From positions 17,837-81,836 of the forward strand of contig JBAZKM010000006.1 of the NCBI GenBank assembly GCA_041650805.1: a stretch of 64,000 nucleotides of DNA. Reading direction: 5' to 3'. Under the pieces are notes generated by a model. That model did no database searches. It had not been told where the DNA came from and worked only from the letters and a program-made list of their open reading frames with translations. Shown piece after piece: positions 18,334-28,211 of this stretch; positions within the stretch are counted from its first letter, which is position 1, and every line of letters starts with the position of its first letter. This DNA is from Candidatus Omnitrophota bacterium (GTDB lineage: Bacteria > Omnitrophota > Gorgyraeia > 2-01-FULL-45-10). A program made the position numbers and the translations under genes.

Positions 18334-19992
18334 ATGAAACGACTATTAGAGCATCCGGCTACGTCCATATTCCTTCTTCTCATACTCTCAGGGTATCTCT
18401 TCTTCTTCCACCTGGGCGGCATGGCCCTATCCGACCCGGACGAGACGTTCTATGCACAGACCGCGAAGGAGATGCTGGAGAGGGGCGAATGGCTCACCCC
18501 GTATCTCTTCGGCAAACCGCAATTCGAAAAACCTATCCTCTTATACTGGTTCGTCGAGTCCTCTTATAAGCTATTCGGCGTGAACGAATTTGCCGCGCGC
18601 TTCCCTTCGGCCGTCTTCGGTTTTTTGGGCCTCGTTGCTGTATATCTCCTCGGCATGCTCTTATTCAATAAACGCGTCGGTATCCTCTCGGCCCTCATAC
18701 TTGCGACGAATGTCGAATATGTGATGCTCTCCCGGGCCTGTGTGACGGACATGATCCTGGCTACACTGATAGCGTACGGATTTCTCTTCTTCCTATACGG
18801 CCGCATGCGGGGGAAAGGCTATTTTTATATCTTATCGGCATCCTTCTTCGCCCTTGCAACGCTTACGAAAGGGCCTATAGGTGTCCTGTTGCCGGGCGTT
18901 GTCCTTCTGGTCTACCTGATACTCTTCAGGGACCTGAAGTCGGTCCTTAGGATACCCGTCATACCATGCCTTGCGGTATTCTTCGCGATAGCCCTCCCGT
19001 GGTATCTTGTCGAATACCGGCTCCACGGCATGAAGTTCGTAGACGCCTTCTTCGGGTTCCATAACGTGACGAGGTTCCTCGAATCCGAGCACGCGATAGG
19101 GTCCCAGTTCTACTATAACATCCCCATAATACTGGGCGGATTCTTCCCGTGGAGCGTCTTTCTGCCTTTCGGCTTCTGGTATATATTCACGAAGGCCTTT
19201 ACGAGATCCTCGGAATACAGGGGTCCCATCCTCTTCGTTCTTTCATGGTTTTTCGTGATATTCATCTTCTTCTCCATATCGAGCACTAAGCTGCCCACTT
19301 ACGTATTCCCGTTATTCCCGGCGCTTGCCCTGATAGTAGCCGTCGTCTGGGATAAATTCCTGAAGGACGGAGATCCGGGAGGTATATGGAAGGGCATGAG
19401 GATATCGTACTATATCCTCGATATCGCGGTGCTGGCGGGCGTGATAACTCTCTACATCCTCATCAAGATGAAGTTCCCCATGGTCCTGGGCGGGGCGGTC
19501 GTGTCGGCATCCTTCCTTGTCCTCGGGTTCGGCATGTCGCTCATCGCATTCAAGGCCAGGAATTTTATATTCGCTTTCTTCTTTATCGTGTTTTCGGTCG
19601 TGCTCTTCATATACCCCCTGAATAAGCTCGTTCTCGACGATATCGAGCGATATGAGACGAGCAAAGAGGTCGCGTTGAAACTCGCCTCGCTTATGAAGCC
19701 CCTGGAGAAGGTCGCCTGCGAGAGCAACTACCTTTCGGGGGTAGCCTTCTATACCGGCAAATTTCCCGACGATATAGACAAGCATGACAGGTTCGTAAAG
19801 TTCCTGGATGTCGAGGAAAGGGTATGGTGTGTGCTGAAAGAGAAGAACCATATACAGCTATATACGCTCGATACCAAGCCCTATTGCATGAGGCCTACAT
19901 ACATGGTCTACAAGATCGGCAAGCGGTGTATCATAACTAACAAGGTACCGGACGACGGCGTCTACCTGGTGAAGAGGGAGAGGAAGGAATGA
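18334..19992 (+). CDS. ArnT/PMT-like (GT39/GT83 family) membrane glycosyltransferase
   Basis: N-terminal DE motif (SDPDETFYAQTAKEM). Polytopic membrane protein. ATG 18334 has upstream context and is preferred over the long in-frame extension from 18109. Confidence 0.7.
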   Translation: MKRLLEHPATSIFLLLILSGYLFFFHLGGMALSDPDETFYAQTAKEMLERGEWLTPYLFGKPQFEKPILLYWFVESSYKLFGVNEFAARFPSAVFGFLGLVAVYLLGMLLFNKRVGILSALILATNVEYVMLSRACVTDMILATLIAYGFLFFLYGRMRGKGYFYILSASFFALATLTKGPIGVLLPGVVLLVYLILFRDLKSVLRIPVIPCLAVFFAIALPWYLVEYRLHGMKFVDAFFGFHNVTRFLESEHAIGSQFYYNIPIILGGFFPWSVFLPFGFWYIFTKAFTRSSEYRGPILFVLSWFFVIFIFFSISSTKLPTYVFPLFPALALIVAVVWDKFLKDGDPGGIWKGMRISYYILDIAVLAGVITLYILIKMKFPMVLGGAVVSASFLVLGFGMSLIAFKARNFIFAFFFIVFSVVLFIYPLNKLVLDDIERYETSKEVALKLASLMKPLEKVACESNYLSGVAFYTGKFPDDIDKHDRFVKFLDVEERVWCVLKEKNHIQLYTLDTKPYCMRPTYMVYKIGKRCIITNKVPDDGVYLVKRERKE

Positions 19993-20684
19993 GGAGCGTA
20001 TCGTTCGTCTTTCCCATGTTCAACGAGGCCGACAATATCAGGACGACGATAAAGCGGGCGTCGGACCTTGCCGGCAAGATGCGCGTCGATTACGAGATCA
20101 TAGTCGTCGATGATGCCTCCACCGATGGAAGCGCCGATATGGTGAGCGCCATTGCCGGGGCCGACCGGCACATAAGATTGATACGGCTTAAAAAGAATAC
20201 GAAGTTCGGCGGGGCTCTCAGGGAGGGGCTGAAGAACGCCTCGAAGGATGCCGTCCTGTACACGGATTCCGATCTCCCGGCGCGGGAAGAGGATATGAAG
20301 AAGGCCGTGGAGCTCCTGGATGAAGCGGATATAGTAACGGCGTATAGCCTGGTACTCAAGGACGCAAGCTTGAAACGCATCATCATGTCCAAGGTATACA
20401 ACTTCCTCGTCCGCGTTCTGTTCCATCTCGATATACGGGATATCAATTCAGGCCTCAAGGTATATAAGAGAGAGGCGATCTCGGGCCTCGACCTCAGGTC
20501 CAAGAGCCCGTTCATAGACGTTGAGATATTCGCCGAAGCGATCAAGAAAAATTACAGGATAAGGCAATTCGGCCTCATCTTCGAACTCCGTACCGGCGGC
20601 AGGTCCACCATATCGCGTCCCGCCATCGTGGCGCGCACGTTCTGGGATATGCTGGCATATAAATTCTCCTCCAAAAGGTCATGA
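19989..20684 (+). CDS. Family 2 glycosyltransferase (polyprenyl-phosphate sugar synthase, DPM1/ArnC-like)
   Basis: GT-A motifs FPMFNEADNI and IIVVDDASTDGS. Overlaps the previous stop. Confidence 0.75.
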   Translation: MRSVSFVFPMFNEADNIRTTIKRASDLAGKMRVDYEIIVVDDASTDGSADMVSAIAGADRHIRLIRLKKNTKFGGALREGLKNASKDAVLYTDSDLPAREEDMKKAVELLDEADIVTAYSLVLKDASLKRIIMSKVYNFLVRVLFHLDIRDINSGLKVYKREAISGLDLRSKSPFIDVEIFAEAIKKNYRIRQFGLIFELRTGGRSTISRPAIVARTFWDMLAYKFSSKRS

Positions 20685-21535
20685 AACGACTTATAGTCAC
20701 AGCCGACGATTTCGGGCTCACCAGGAGCATAAACGAAGGTATCGTAAAGGCCTGCCGGGAGGGCATAGTCACCAATATAAACGTCCTACCCTCGGGCGGC
20801 GCTTTCGGCGATGCCGTGCGGTTGTTGCAGGAGCTGAAGCCGAAGGATATAGGGGCCCATCTCTCTTTGACCGAGACGGATGCCGTCTCCGACCCCGGCA
20901 AGATACCCGCCCTTGTCACAAGGGGCAGCAGGTTCCATAAAGACCACAACCTATTTTTTATGAAGTTCAAGCTGGGGATGATACACCGCCACGATATATG
21001 CACCGAGCTTGAGCGGCAGCTCCGTATGGCTGAGAGCATAGGCATACCGATCTCGAACCTCAGCAGTCACGAGCATATCCACATGATGCCGAAACTTTTC
21101 GATATCTTTGTCGCCCTGGCGAAGGAGCACGGCATACCGGCGCTGAGGATGCCCGCCGACGATACATATGCGGCCGGGTTATCACCCGCGAAGATAGCCA
21201 AACGTATGATCGTCGCCTGTTTCGCCCCGGGCATGGAGAGACGGCTCAGGGCCGGAGGCATCCGTTACGCGGAGCACTTTGCAGGATTTCTCGATTCGGG
21301 CCGTCTGCGCGAAGAGGCGCTCCTCGGCATCCTGGCGTCCCTTAAAGACGGGACGACCGAGCTTGTTACGCATCCCGGTTTCATAGGCCCGGAAGTCATA
21401 TCTCGGTATAGGTTCCATCTCAACAGCGAATATGAACTTTATGCGCTCACCGGTAAACGCGCAAAGGATGCCTTAAAGACGGAAGGGATAAAGCTGAGCA
21501 CGTATGGCGAATTCGTTTCAGGGACCGGCGCCTAA
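20681..21535 (+). CDS. YdjC/ChbG-family carbohydrate deacetylase (HpnK-like)
   Basis: N-terminal ITADDFGLTRSINEGIV; His-rich motifs characteristic of the YdjC family. Confidence 0.7.
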   Translation: MKRLIVTADDFGLTRSINEGIVKACREGIVTNINVLPSGGAFGDAVRLLQELKPKDIGAHLSLTETDAVSDPGKIPALVTRGSRFHKDHNLFFMKFKLGMIHRHDICTELERQLRMAESIGIPISNLSSHEHIHMMPKLFDIFVALAKEHGIPALRMPADDTYAAGLSPAKIAKRMIVACFAPGMERRLRAGGIRYAEHFAGFLDSGRLREEALLGILASLKDGTTELVTHPGFIGPEVISRYRFHLNSEYELYALTGKRAKDALKTEGIKLSTYGEFVSGTGA

Positions 21536-23330
21536 ATTCCTGAAGGCGTTGATACTGCTTGCCTTCATATCCATCATCATCTATTCCAACTCTCTCGGCG
21601 GCGAGTTCATATGGGATGATGAGCTCTTCGTTGTGCGGAATATCTCCATAAGGAAGCTCGAAAATATCCCGTCCTTCTTCACCGACCCGTCTACCGTTGC
21701 CCTGGGCGCCCTGGCGAAAGACGTCTACAGGCCGTTCACCACCGTATCTTACTCGCTGGACTATTTCTTATGGAGGTTGAACGCGTTCGGTTATCACCTC
21801 TCCAATGTGCTCTTGCATTCGTGTAACGGCATACTCGTATGTGTCCTCCTCTGGCTCATATCCGGCAATTTTCTGGTCGCCTTCTTCAGCGCGCTCCTGT
21901 TCCTGGCGCATCCCGTTCAGACGGAGGTCGTTTCGTGGGTATCGGGCCGCTCGAGCGTCCTCTTCACCTTCTTTTATCTGGCCTCGCTCATCTCTTATGT
22001 CAGGTATTCGGCTTCTTCGAAGAAGAGGTTCCTGGCCCTGTCGATCGCATCCTGCGCAATAGCCCTCTTCTCGAAAGAGATGGCCGTTACGCTGCCCCTT
22101 GCCATCATCCTGTACGACGTCCATTTTGCCGGGAAGAAGGGATGGAAGCCGAGGGCCCTCGTATATGCGCCTTACTTTGCCCTGGCCGCTTTCTACGTCA
22201 TAACGAGGTCCGCCATGCTCGGACGGGTGAGCCAGATGGGGTGGTGGGGAGAGAGCCCGTACTACACATTCCTTACGATGCTCAAGGTCGTCGTCGATTA
22301 TGTGAGGGTGCTCTTCCTCCCGACGAAGTTGTATGCCGTATTCTACCTGATGCCGCTCTCCACATCCGTCGTGGAGAAGGACGTCCTGGTCGCCATAGCC
22401 CTCCTAGTCCTCGCCTGCGCGGCGCTCCTGGCGGCATACAGGCGCGAGCGGCTGATATCGTTTGCAATGGGATGGTTCTTCATATCGCTCCTGCCGGTGC
22501 TTAACATAGTCCCTCTCAAGGCGCTCGAGGCGGAGCGTTTCCTGTATCTGCCGTCGATAGGGTTCTGTATATTCCTTGCGGCCATGATGGAAAAGTTCAC
22601 CCGCGGCAGTGACGGCCGGGCCGGCCGGAGACGGCTTATCGCTATCGTCGCGGCAGTGCTCATAGCGTCGGCGTACTCCGTCAGGACGATGGAGAGGAAC
22701 GAGGACTGGAAGAATGCCGTTGCGATATGCGAGAAGAATATAGAGGTGACACCGCTCAACTCCTGGGTCTTCAATTCGCTGGGCACATATCTGACCGAAA
22801 AGGGCGATTACGAAAAGGCGCTCAGGTACCTGAAGAAGGCGGAGGTCATATCGGGCGGTTTCTATATAACGTACAATAACCTGGGCCACTGCTATCTGAA
22901 GATGGGAAAGGTCGACCGGGCGATAGAAGAGTTCAGGGTATCGATATCGTTAAAGCCGGATTTCGTGGAGTCGAGGAACGCCCTCGGCGTCGCCTACGCG
23001 AGCGCCGGAAGGTACGATGAGGCGGCCGCGGAATTCGAGGAAGCCCGTAAGATAAACCCGGAATTCCTGAATACCTACCTCAACATAGGGCGCATCTGGG
23101 AGAAGAGGGGCGAATACGATAAGGCGCGCGCCCAGTATTACCGGATCATAGCAAAGGCAAAGGAGAAGAGGGAGGCCGCGGTGGCGTACATGCGTATCGG
23201 CGATACCTACGCCGAGACAAAAGACGCCATAAGTGCTCTCGATCACTATAAGAGATCGCTTGCGGTATGCGACCGTTCCTCCGAAGACATACGGCAGGTG
23301 GTGGAGGGGAAGATGAGAGAACTGAAGTAG
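21504..23330 (+). CDS. Polytopic membrane protein with C-terminal TPR repeats (PMT_2/TMTC-like glycosyltransferase architecture)
   Basis: About 11 TM helices, then at least 5 TPR units (e.g. YNNLGHCYLKMGKVDRAIEEFRVSISLKPDF). Confidence 0.6.
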   Translation: MANSFQGPAPKFLKALILLAFISIIIYSNSLGGEFIWDDELFVVRNISIRKLENIPSFFTDPSTVALGALAKDVYRPFTTVSYSLDYFLWRLNAFGYHLSNVLLHSCNGILVCVLLWLISGNFLVAFFSALLFLAHPVQTEVVSWVSGRSSVLFTFFYLASLISYVRYSASSKKRFLALSIASCAIALFSKEMAVTLPLAIILYDVHFAGKKGWKPRALVYAPYFALAAFYVITRSAMLGRVSQMGWWGESPYYTFLTMLKVVVDYVRVLFLPTKLYAVFYLMPLSTSVVEKDVLVAIALLVLACAALLAAYRRERLISFAMGWFFISLLPVLNIVPLKALEAERFLYLPSIGFCIFLAAMMEKFTRGSDGRAGRRRLIAIVAAVLIASAYSVRTMERNEDWKNAVAICEKNIEVTPLNSWVFNSLGTYLTEKGDYEKALRYLKKAEVISGGFYITYNNLGHCYLKMGKVDRAIEEFRVSISLKPDFVESRNALGVAYASAGRYDEAAAEFEEARKINPEFLNTYLNIGRIWEKRGEYDKARAQYYRIIAKAKEKREAAVAYMRIGDTYAETKDAISALDHYKRSLAVCDRSSEDIRQVVEGKMRELK

Positions 23331-23365
23331 GGTATGGGGGTTAGGGTATAGGGTATAGAGATTGA

Positions 23366-23400
23366 AAAACCCGTCTCAAGAAATCGAGACGGGTTTTTTA
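23366..23400. terminator. Rho-independent terminator (bidirectional hairpin between the TPR gene and the convergent tRNA-Leu)
   Basis: aaaaacccgtctc-aagaaatc-gagacgggttttttaa: an 8-bp GC-rich stem followed by a T-run. Confidence 0.8.
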
Positions 23401-23402
23401 AT

Positions 23403-23487
23403 TGGTGCGGACGGAGAGAGTTGAACTCTCAAGGGTTGCCCCATACGGTCCTGAGCCGTACGCGTATGCCAGTTCCGCCACGTCCGC
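23403..23487 (-). tRNA. tRNA-Leu (anticodon CAG), class II with long variable arm, CCA encoded
   Basis: Reverse complement is GCGGACGTGGCGGAACTGGCATACGCG...CTCAGGA...GGTTCAACTCTCTCCGTCCGCACCA. The 7-bp acceptor stem pairs. Anticodon loop CUCAGGA. Confidence 0.85.
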
Positions 23488-23619
23488 CTGTGGAAAAGCG
23501 TATTTTTAAGAAATAAAAACGCTTATATATCCAAATAAGTTTATTTAGTATACAATAAAACGTTATAGGTGTCAATCTATGTTGATTTTATAACAAAATT
23601 ATGATATATATGACTTACA

Positions 23620-24072
23620 ATGGCGGATAAGGTCGTCGCAACAAACAGACAGGCGCGGTATAATTATACCATCCTGGAGAGCTTTGAGGCGGGGCTTGAA
23701 CTTAAGGGTACCGAGGTAAAGTCCCTAAGGTCGGGCCAGGCGGCCCTGAAGGACAGTTTCGCCAGGGTTGAAGGTAATGAACTTTTCCTGTATAATATGC
23801 ATATACCGCCTTACGAATTCGGCAACAGGGCCAACGTCGATCCGGTAAGGCCCAGGAAACTCCTTCTGCATAAAAGCCAAATAAGGCGGCTCATCGGGGA
23901 TATTGCCTCTAAACGCGTTGCATTGATACCTCTGAAATTATACTTTACGCGCGGTATCGCCAAGGTGGAGCTTGCCGTCGCAAAAGGGAAGAAAACGTAC
24001 GATAAACGCGAAACGATACGCCGCCGCGAGACAGAACGCGAGCTGCGGCGGGCTATGCACGATAAGGTCTAA
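23620..24072 (+). CDS. smpB: SsrA-binding protein SmpB
   Basis: Conserved N-terminus NRQARYNYTILESFEAGLELKGTEVKSLR; 150 aa. Confidence 0.9.
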   Translation: MADKVVATNRQARYNYTILESFEAGLELKGTEVKSLRSGQAALKDSFARVEGNELFLYNMHIPPYEFGNRANVDPVRPRKLLLHKSQIRRLIGDIASKRVALIPLKLYFTRGIAKVELAVAKGKKTYDKRETIRRRETERELRRAMHDKV

Positions 24073-24075
24073 CGT

Positions 24076-24487
24076 GGGGGTGACAGGCATCGACCTAGGT
24101 AAATACGGTAAGGGTGGCATGTAGAGGTTGCTAGGAGGCCTCTTTAAACACCTGGCAAAAATCAAATGCTGACAACGTAAAAGTGCCAGCTACGGTAAAC
24201 GAGCTTCTGGCTACCATGCAAGTGGTACCGGGGCCCGTTCTACCACAAGCGTTACCTTTATAAGGTAACCCGTTAACCGGCCTCTTCCTGCGGGGCCGGA
24301 TTAGCGTCGCTAGCAGGATGGTCTCTCCGGTTTATCCTTCGGCCGGTGAGATGAGATCGTCAAAGGATACCTTCGCGAAATTCCTCCTATTGAAGTTCGG
24401 GAAGGGAACTCAAAGATTAGGATAAACATGTAGATGCCTTTATTGTGGTATCTGGGGACGCGAGTTCGAATCTCGCCACCTCCACCA
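24076..24487 (+). ncRNA. ssrA: tmRNA (SsrA), one-piece
   Basis: Starts GGGGGUGACAGG...CGAC. Ends with a tRNA-like T-arm/acceptor: GGACGCGAGUUCGAAUCUCGCCACCUCCACCA. Lies immediately downstream of smpB. Confidence 0.85.
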
Positions 24488-24517
24488 TTATATTACGGGC
24501 TATCATAATATTATTTC

Positions 24518-25630
24518 ATGCTAAAGCATTCGAGACATAGCGCAGCGCTCATGATCTGCGGACTTATCGCCCTGGCCGGGTGCGCCGGGCCGTCATCATA
24601 TATCAGGCTCGACCCATCCCTGTCGAAAGATATACGGACATTCGACAGCATCCAGTATGTCCCGCTAACGCGGCTGTGCGATACCTACGGGCTTAGGTGC
24701 GCGTGGGACCAGTTCACCTCTACCGCCGTCATCGAGAGGAACGGCAAACGGGTCGTGGTGCGGGCAGGCAGTAAGGTCGGTCTCGTCAACGGGGAGGAGA
24801 GGTCGCTCGAAAAGCCGGTGCTGATCACCGGCGGCACGGCCTTCGTCCCGGTCTCGTTCGTGAAGAGCAGCTTCGGCGAGATAATATCGGTCCAGCCGCC
24901 ACCGCCTGTCGAGGTCCGAAGAAAATTTTCGATAAGGACTGTAGTGGTGGACGCGGGCCACGGCGGGAAGGACAGGGGGGCGACGGGCCGGAGGTTACGC
25001 CTCAAGGAGAAGGACCTTACGCTGGCCATGGCCAAAAAGCTGAGAGACAGGCTGGAGGCGAACGGCATACGGGTGATCATGACAAGGAGCGACGATACAT
25101 TTATACCGCTCCCGCGCAGGGCCGAGATAGCCAACAGGGCGGGCGCCGACCTCTTCGTCAGCGTCCATGTGAACGCATCGCGCTCGCGCTCGCTCAGGGG
25201 GTTCGAATGTTATTATCTGTCGAACGCGACCGACGATAACGCGCGGGCCGTGGCGGCGCTGGAGAACGCGCCTCTCAGCATGGAAGAGGGGACGATGCTG
25301 GCCCACTCGAAGGCCCTCGACAAGACGTTGTGGGATATGGCGCTGACCGAGAACAGGCAGGAATCGGCCGAGCTCGCCGGATACATATGCAAAGCCGTCG
25401 GTGACAGTCTGGCGATGAAGGACAGGGGGACGAGGTCGGCGAGATTTTATGTGCTGAAGGGTACGCGGATGCCGGCGGTGCTGGTAGAGATGGGATATAT
25501 CAGCAACAGGTATGAGGAGCTGAAGCTGAAGGACGGGCAGTATGTCGACAAGATGATCGACGCCGTCACGCAGGGTATATTGTCGTACAAGAGAGAGTTC
25601 GAACGGACGGAAGGATTTACGGAGATATGA
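24518..25630 (+). CDS. N-acetylmuramoyl-L-alanine amidase (Amidase_3, AmiC-like), probable lipoprotein
   Basis: Lipobox LIALAGCAG. Amidase_3 motifs VVVDAGHGGKDRGA and DLFVSVHVNAS. Confidence 0.85.
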   Translation: MLKHSRHSAALMICGLIALAGCAGPSSYIRLDPSLSKDIRTFDSIQYVPLTRLCDTYGLRCAWDQFTSTAVIERNGKRVVVRAGSKVGLVNGEERSLEKPVLITGGTAFVPVSFVKSSFGEIISVQPPPPVEVRRKFSIRTVVVDAGHGGKDRGATGRRLRLKEKDLTLAMAKKLRDRLEANGIRVIMTRSDDTFIPLPRRAEIANRAGADLFVSVHVNASRSRSLRGFECYYLSNATDDNARAVAALENAPLSMEEGTMLAHSKALDKTLWDMALTENRQESAELAGYICKAVGDSLAMKDRGTRSARFYVLKGTRMPAVLVEMGYISNRYEELKLKDGQYVDKMIDAVTQGILSYKREFERTEGFTEI

Positions 25631-26424
25631 GCGATCCCAGGCCCATAGGCGTCTTTGATTCGGGTGTAGGCGGACTTACGGTCGTGGCTGGGCTCGAGCG
25701 GATATTGCCGGGAGAGGATATCATATATTTCGGCGACACGGCACGCGTGCCGTACGGGACCAAATCGAAAGAGACGGTGACGAAGTTCTCGGTCGAGAAT
25801 GTTGAGTTCCTGATGGAGCATAACGTAAAGCTCGTCGTGGTGGCCTGCAATACGGCTTCGTCGCTCTCGCTCGATTTTCTAAAACGGTGTTTCAAGGTCC
25901 CGGTCACAGGCGTGATAGAACCCGGCGCCAGGGGCGCGGCCAGCGTTACCAGGAATAACAGGGTGGGTGTCATAGGGACTAATGCGACGGTATCGTCCGG
26001 CTCTTACGAGAAGGCGATACGGCGGATCAACCCGCGAATATCGTTCTACGGCCAGAGCTGCCCTCTCTTCGTCCCCCTGGTAGAAGAGGGATGGACGGGC
26101 AAAAAGGTGACCCGGGAGATAGCGGCATTATATCTCAGCGCATTAAGGAAGAAGGGGATAGATACTCTCATACTCGGCTGTACGCATTACCCGCTCCTCA
26201 AGGATGTGATAAAGGACGTCATGGGTAAAGGCGTCCTCCTTATCGATTCCGCGAGGGAGGTCGCCATGGAGGCGAAGGATATACTAGACGCGGGCGGGAT
26301 ACTTAACCGGTCCGGGAAGACCGGGCGGTACAAATTCTTTGTCAGCGATGAGCCGGCGCGTTTTGTGAAGATGGGCGAGAGGTTCCTGAGAAAGCGGATC
26401 GAGTGCGCGAAGAGGGCGGTTTGA
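25627..26424 (+). CDS. murI: Glutamate racemase
   Basis: IGVFDSGVGGLTV and VVACNTAS (catalytic Cys) motifs. Confidence 0.9.
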   Translation: MSDPRPIGVFDSGVGGLTVVAGLERILPGEDIIYFGDTARVPYGTKSKETVTKFSVENVEFLMEHNVKLVVVACNTASSLSLDFLKRCFKVPVTGVIEPGARGAASVTRNNRVGVIGTNATVSSGSYEKAIRRINPRISFYGQSCPLFVPLVEEGWTGKKVTREIAALYLSALRKKGIDTLILGCTHYPLLKDVIKDVMGKGVLLIDSAREVAMEAKDILDAGGILNRSGKTGRYKFFVSDEPARFVKMGERFLRKRIECAKRAV

Positions 26425-26461
26425 GCCTGGGGCCTGGAGCCGGGAGCTTGGAGGAAAAGAG

Positions 26462-26821
26462 ATGTACGAGATAAAAGTGAAGACGACGTTCAGCGCGGCG
26501 CACAACCTCAGGAATTACCGCGGCAAGTGCGAACTGCTCCACGGCCACAACTGGCAGGTGGAGGCGGTCTTCGCGTACGAGACGCTCGGCAAAGACGGAC
26601 TTGCGGTGGATTTCAGGGAAGCGAAGAAAGTCCTGCGCGGCGTAACGGAGAGACTTGACCACGGATATCTGAACAGGGCGCCGTTCTTCAAGAAGACGAA
26701 TCCCACGTCGGAAAATATAGCCCGTTTCATATACGGACGCGTGAAGGCCAAAAACGGCAATATCAGATCGGTCTCCGTATGGGAGAACGAGAACTCCTGT
26801 GCTACATACAGCGAGACATGA
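26462..26821 (+). CDS. queD: 6-carboxy-5,6,7,8-tetrahydropterin synthase QueD
   Basis: 119 aa. Motifs FSAAHNL, CELLHGHNWQVE (zinc-binding His) and the characteristic C-terminus. Confidence 0.85.
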   Translation: MYEIKVKTTFSAAHNLRNYRGKCELLHGHNWQVEAVFAYETLGKDGLAVDFREAKKVLRGVTERLDHGYLNRAPFFKKTNPTSENIARFIYGRVKAKNGNIRSVSVWENENSCATYSET

Positions 26822-26828
26822 GGGCTAT

Positions 26829-27500
26829 ATGAAGCGCAAGGCGGTAGTCCTTTTGTCGGGCGGGCTCGATTCGGCTGTGACGCTCTTTTATGCGGCGAAG
26901 AAAGGTTACGGGTGCCGTGCGCTCGCCTTCGATTACGGCCAGCGCCATAATAAGGAGCTGCTATCCGCTAAACGGCTGGCAGGGAGGGCCGGGGCGAAGC
27001 TCTTTATCGTGAAACTGGCCCTGCCGTGGAAGGGGTCGAGCCTTGTGGACAGCCGGATCCCCCTCCCGAAAGACAGGAGCTTAACGGAGATCGAAAAGGG
27101 GATACCGAGCACTTATGTCCCGGCCAGGAATACGATATTCCTGAGCATAGCCGTCTCTTATGCCGAAGCCATCGGGGCGGAGGCGATATTCATAGGCGCC
27201 CATTTTGAGGATTCGAGCGGTTATCCGGATTGCCGGCCGGAGTATCTCAAGGCGTTCGATAATGCGGCGCGGCTTGGTACGAGGGCAGGGCTCGAGGGAA
27301 GATTGCGGATAAAGTCTCCGCTTATCCGTAAGACGAAGAGAGAGATCATAAAACTCGGCGCGAGCCTGGGGGTACCGTTCCAGAGCACGTGGTCCTGTTA
27401 CAGCGGCGGACGCCTGCCGTGCATGCGGTGTGATTCCTGCCTCCTGAGGGCAAAGGGGTTCAGCGCGGCCGGGATGAAGGACCCGCTCATAAACCGGTAG
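26829..27500 (+). CDS. queC: 7-cyano-7-deazaguanine synthase QueC
   Basis: PP-loop motif VVLLSGGLDS. C-terminal Zn Cys cluster CxxC...CxxC. ATG 26829 has a GAGGG RBS and is preferred over 26799. Confidence 0.85.
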   Translation: MKRKAVVLLSGGLDSAVTLFYAAKKGYGCRALAFDYGQRHNKELLSAKRLAGRAGAKLFIVKLALPWKGSSLVDSRIPLPKDRSLTEIEKGIPSTYVPARNTIFLSIAVSYAEAIGAEAIFIGAHFEDSSGYPDCRPEYLKAFDNAARLGTRAGLEGRLRIKSPLIRKTKREIIKLGASLGVPFQSTWSCYSGGRLPCMRCDSCLLRAKGFSAAGMKDPLINR

Positions 27501-27506
27501 GTCACT

Positions 27507-28211
27507 ATGAGGATACGTACGGCGCATATCAAGGAGGTTTTTTCATCTATACAGGGCGAAGGTATATTCGTCGGCGCCAGGCAGATATTCGTCAGGTTCA
27601 GGGACTGCAATTTGCGCTGTATATTCTGCGACGAGCGCGATAATATGGATTCGCGGGACTATTCTCCGCAGGAGCTATTCGCAGAGGTGGGGCGCCTCGA
27701 GAGGATGAAGAGGCCGCACCACTCGGTATCCCTTACGGGAGGAGAGCCGCTTCTCTATACGCCGTTCCTTAAAGATTTTTTGGGGTTCCTTAAGAGGGGC
27801 GGCATCAAATCATACCTGGAGACGAACGGTACGCTGCCGGATAAGCTTGCCGATATAGTGGACCAGGTCGATATCATAGCGATGGATTTCAAATTGCCTT
27901 CGTCAACGGGTGACCGCCCTTACTGGGATGAACACAGGGAGTTCCTGAATATAGCCCTCAAGAGGAAGGTCTTCGTGAAGGCCGTCGTCACTCCCACGAC
28001 CAGGACGGAGGATATCGAAATGTCGCTCGATATAATAAAGAAGACGGGCGAAAAGATACCTTTCATAATACAGCCGGTGACGCCTCTCAGCAGTTCCGAG
28101 AAGAAGGTGGAGAAGACGGAGCTCCTCGGGTTTCTCGAATTTGCGCTGAAGAATAAATTTGAAGACGTTAGGATCGTGCCGCAGATGCATAAGACGTGGG
28201 GTATTAAATAA
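27507..28211 (+). CDS. queE: 7-carboxy-7-deazaguanine synthase QueE (radical SAM)
   Basis: FSSIQGEG ... CNLRCIFCDE radical-SAM cluster motif typical of QueE. Confidence 0.8.
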   Translation: MRIRTAHIKEVFSSIQGEGIFVGARQIFVRFRDCNLRCIFCDERDNMDSRDYSPQELFAEVGRLERMKRPHHSVSLTGGEPLLYTPFLKDFLGFLKRGGIKSYLETNGTLPDKLADIVDQVDIIAMDFKLPSSTGDRPYWDEHREFLNIALKRKVFVKAVVTPTTRTEDIEMSLDIIKKTGEKIPFIIQPVTPLSSSEKKVEKTELLGFLEFALKNKFEDVRIVPQMHKTWGIK

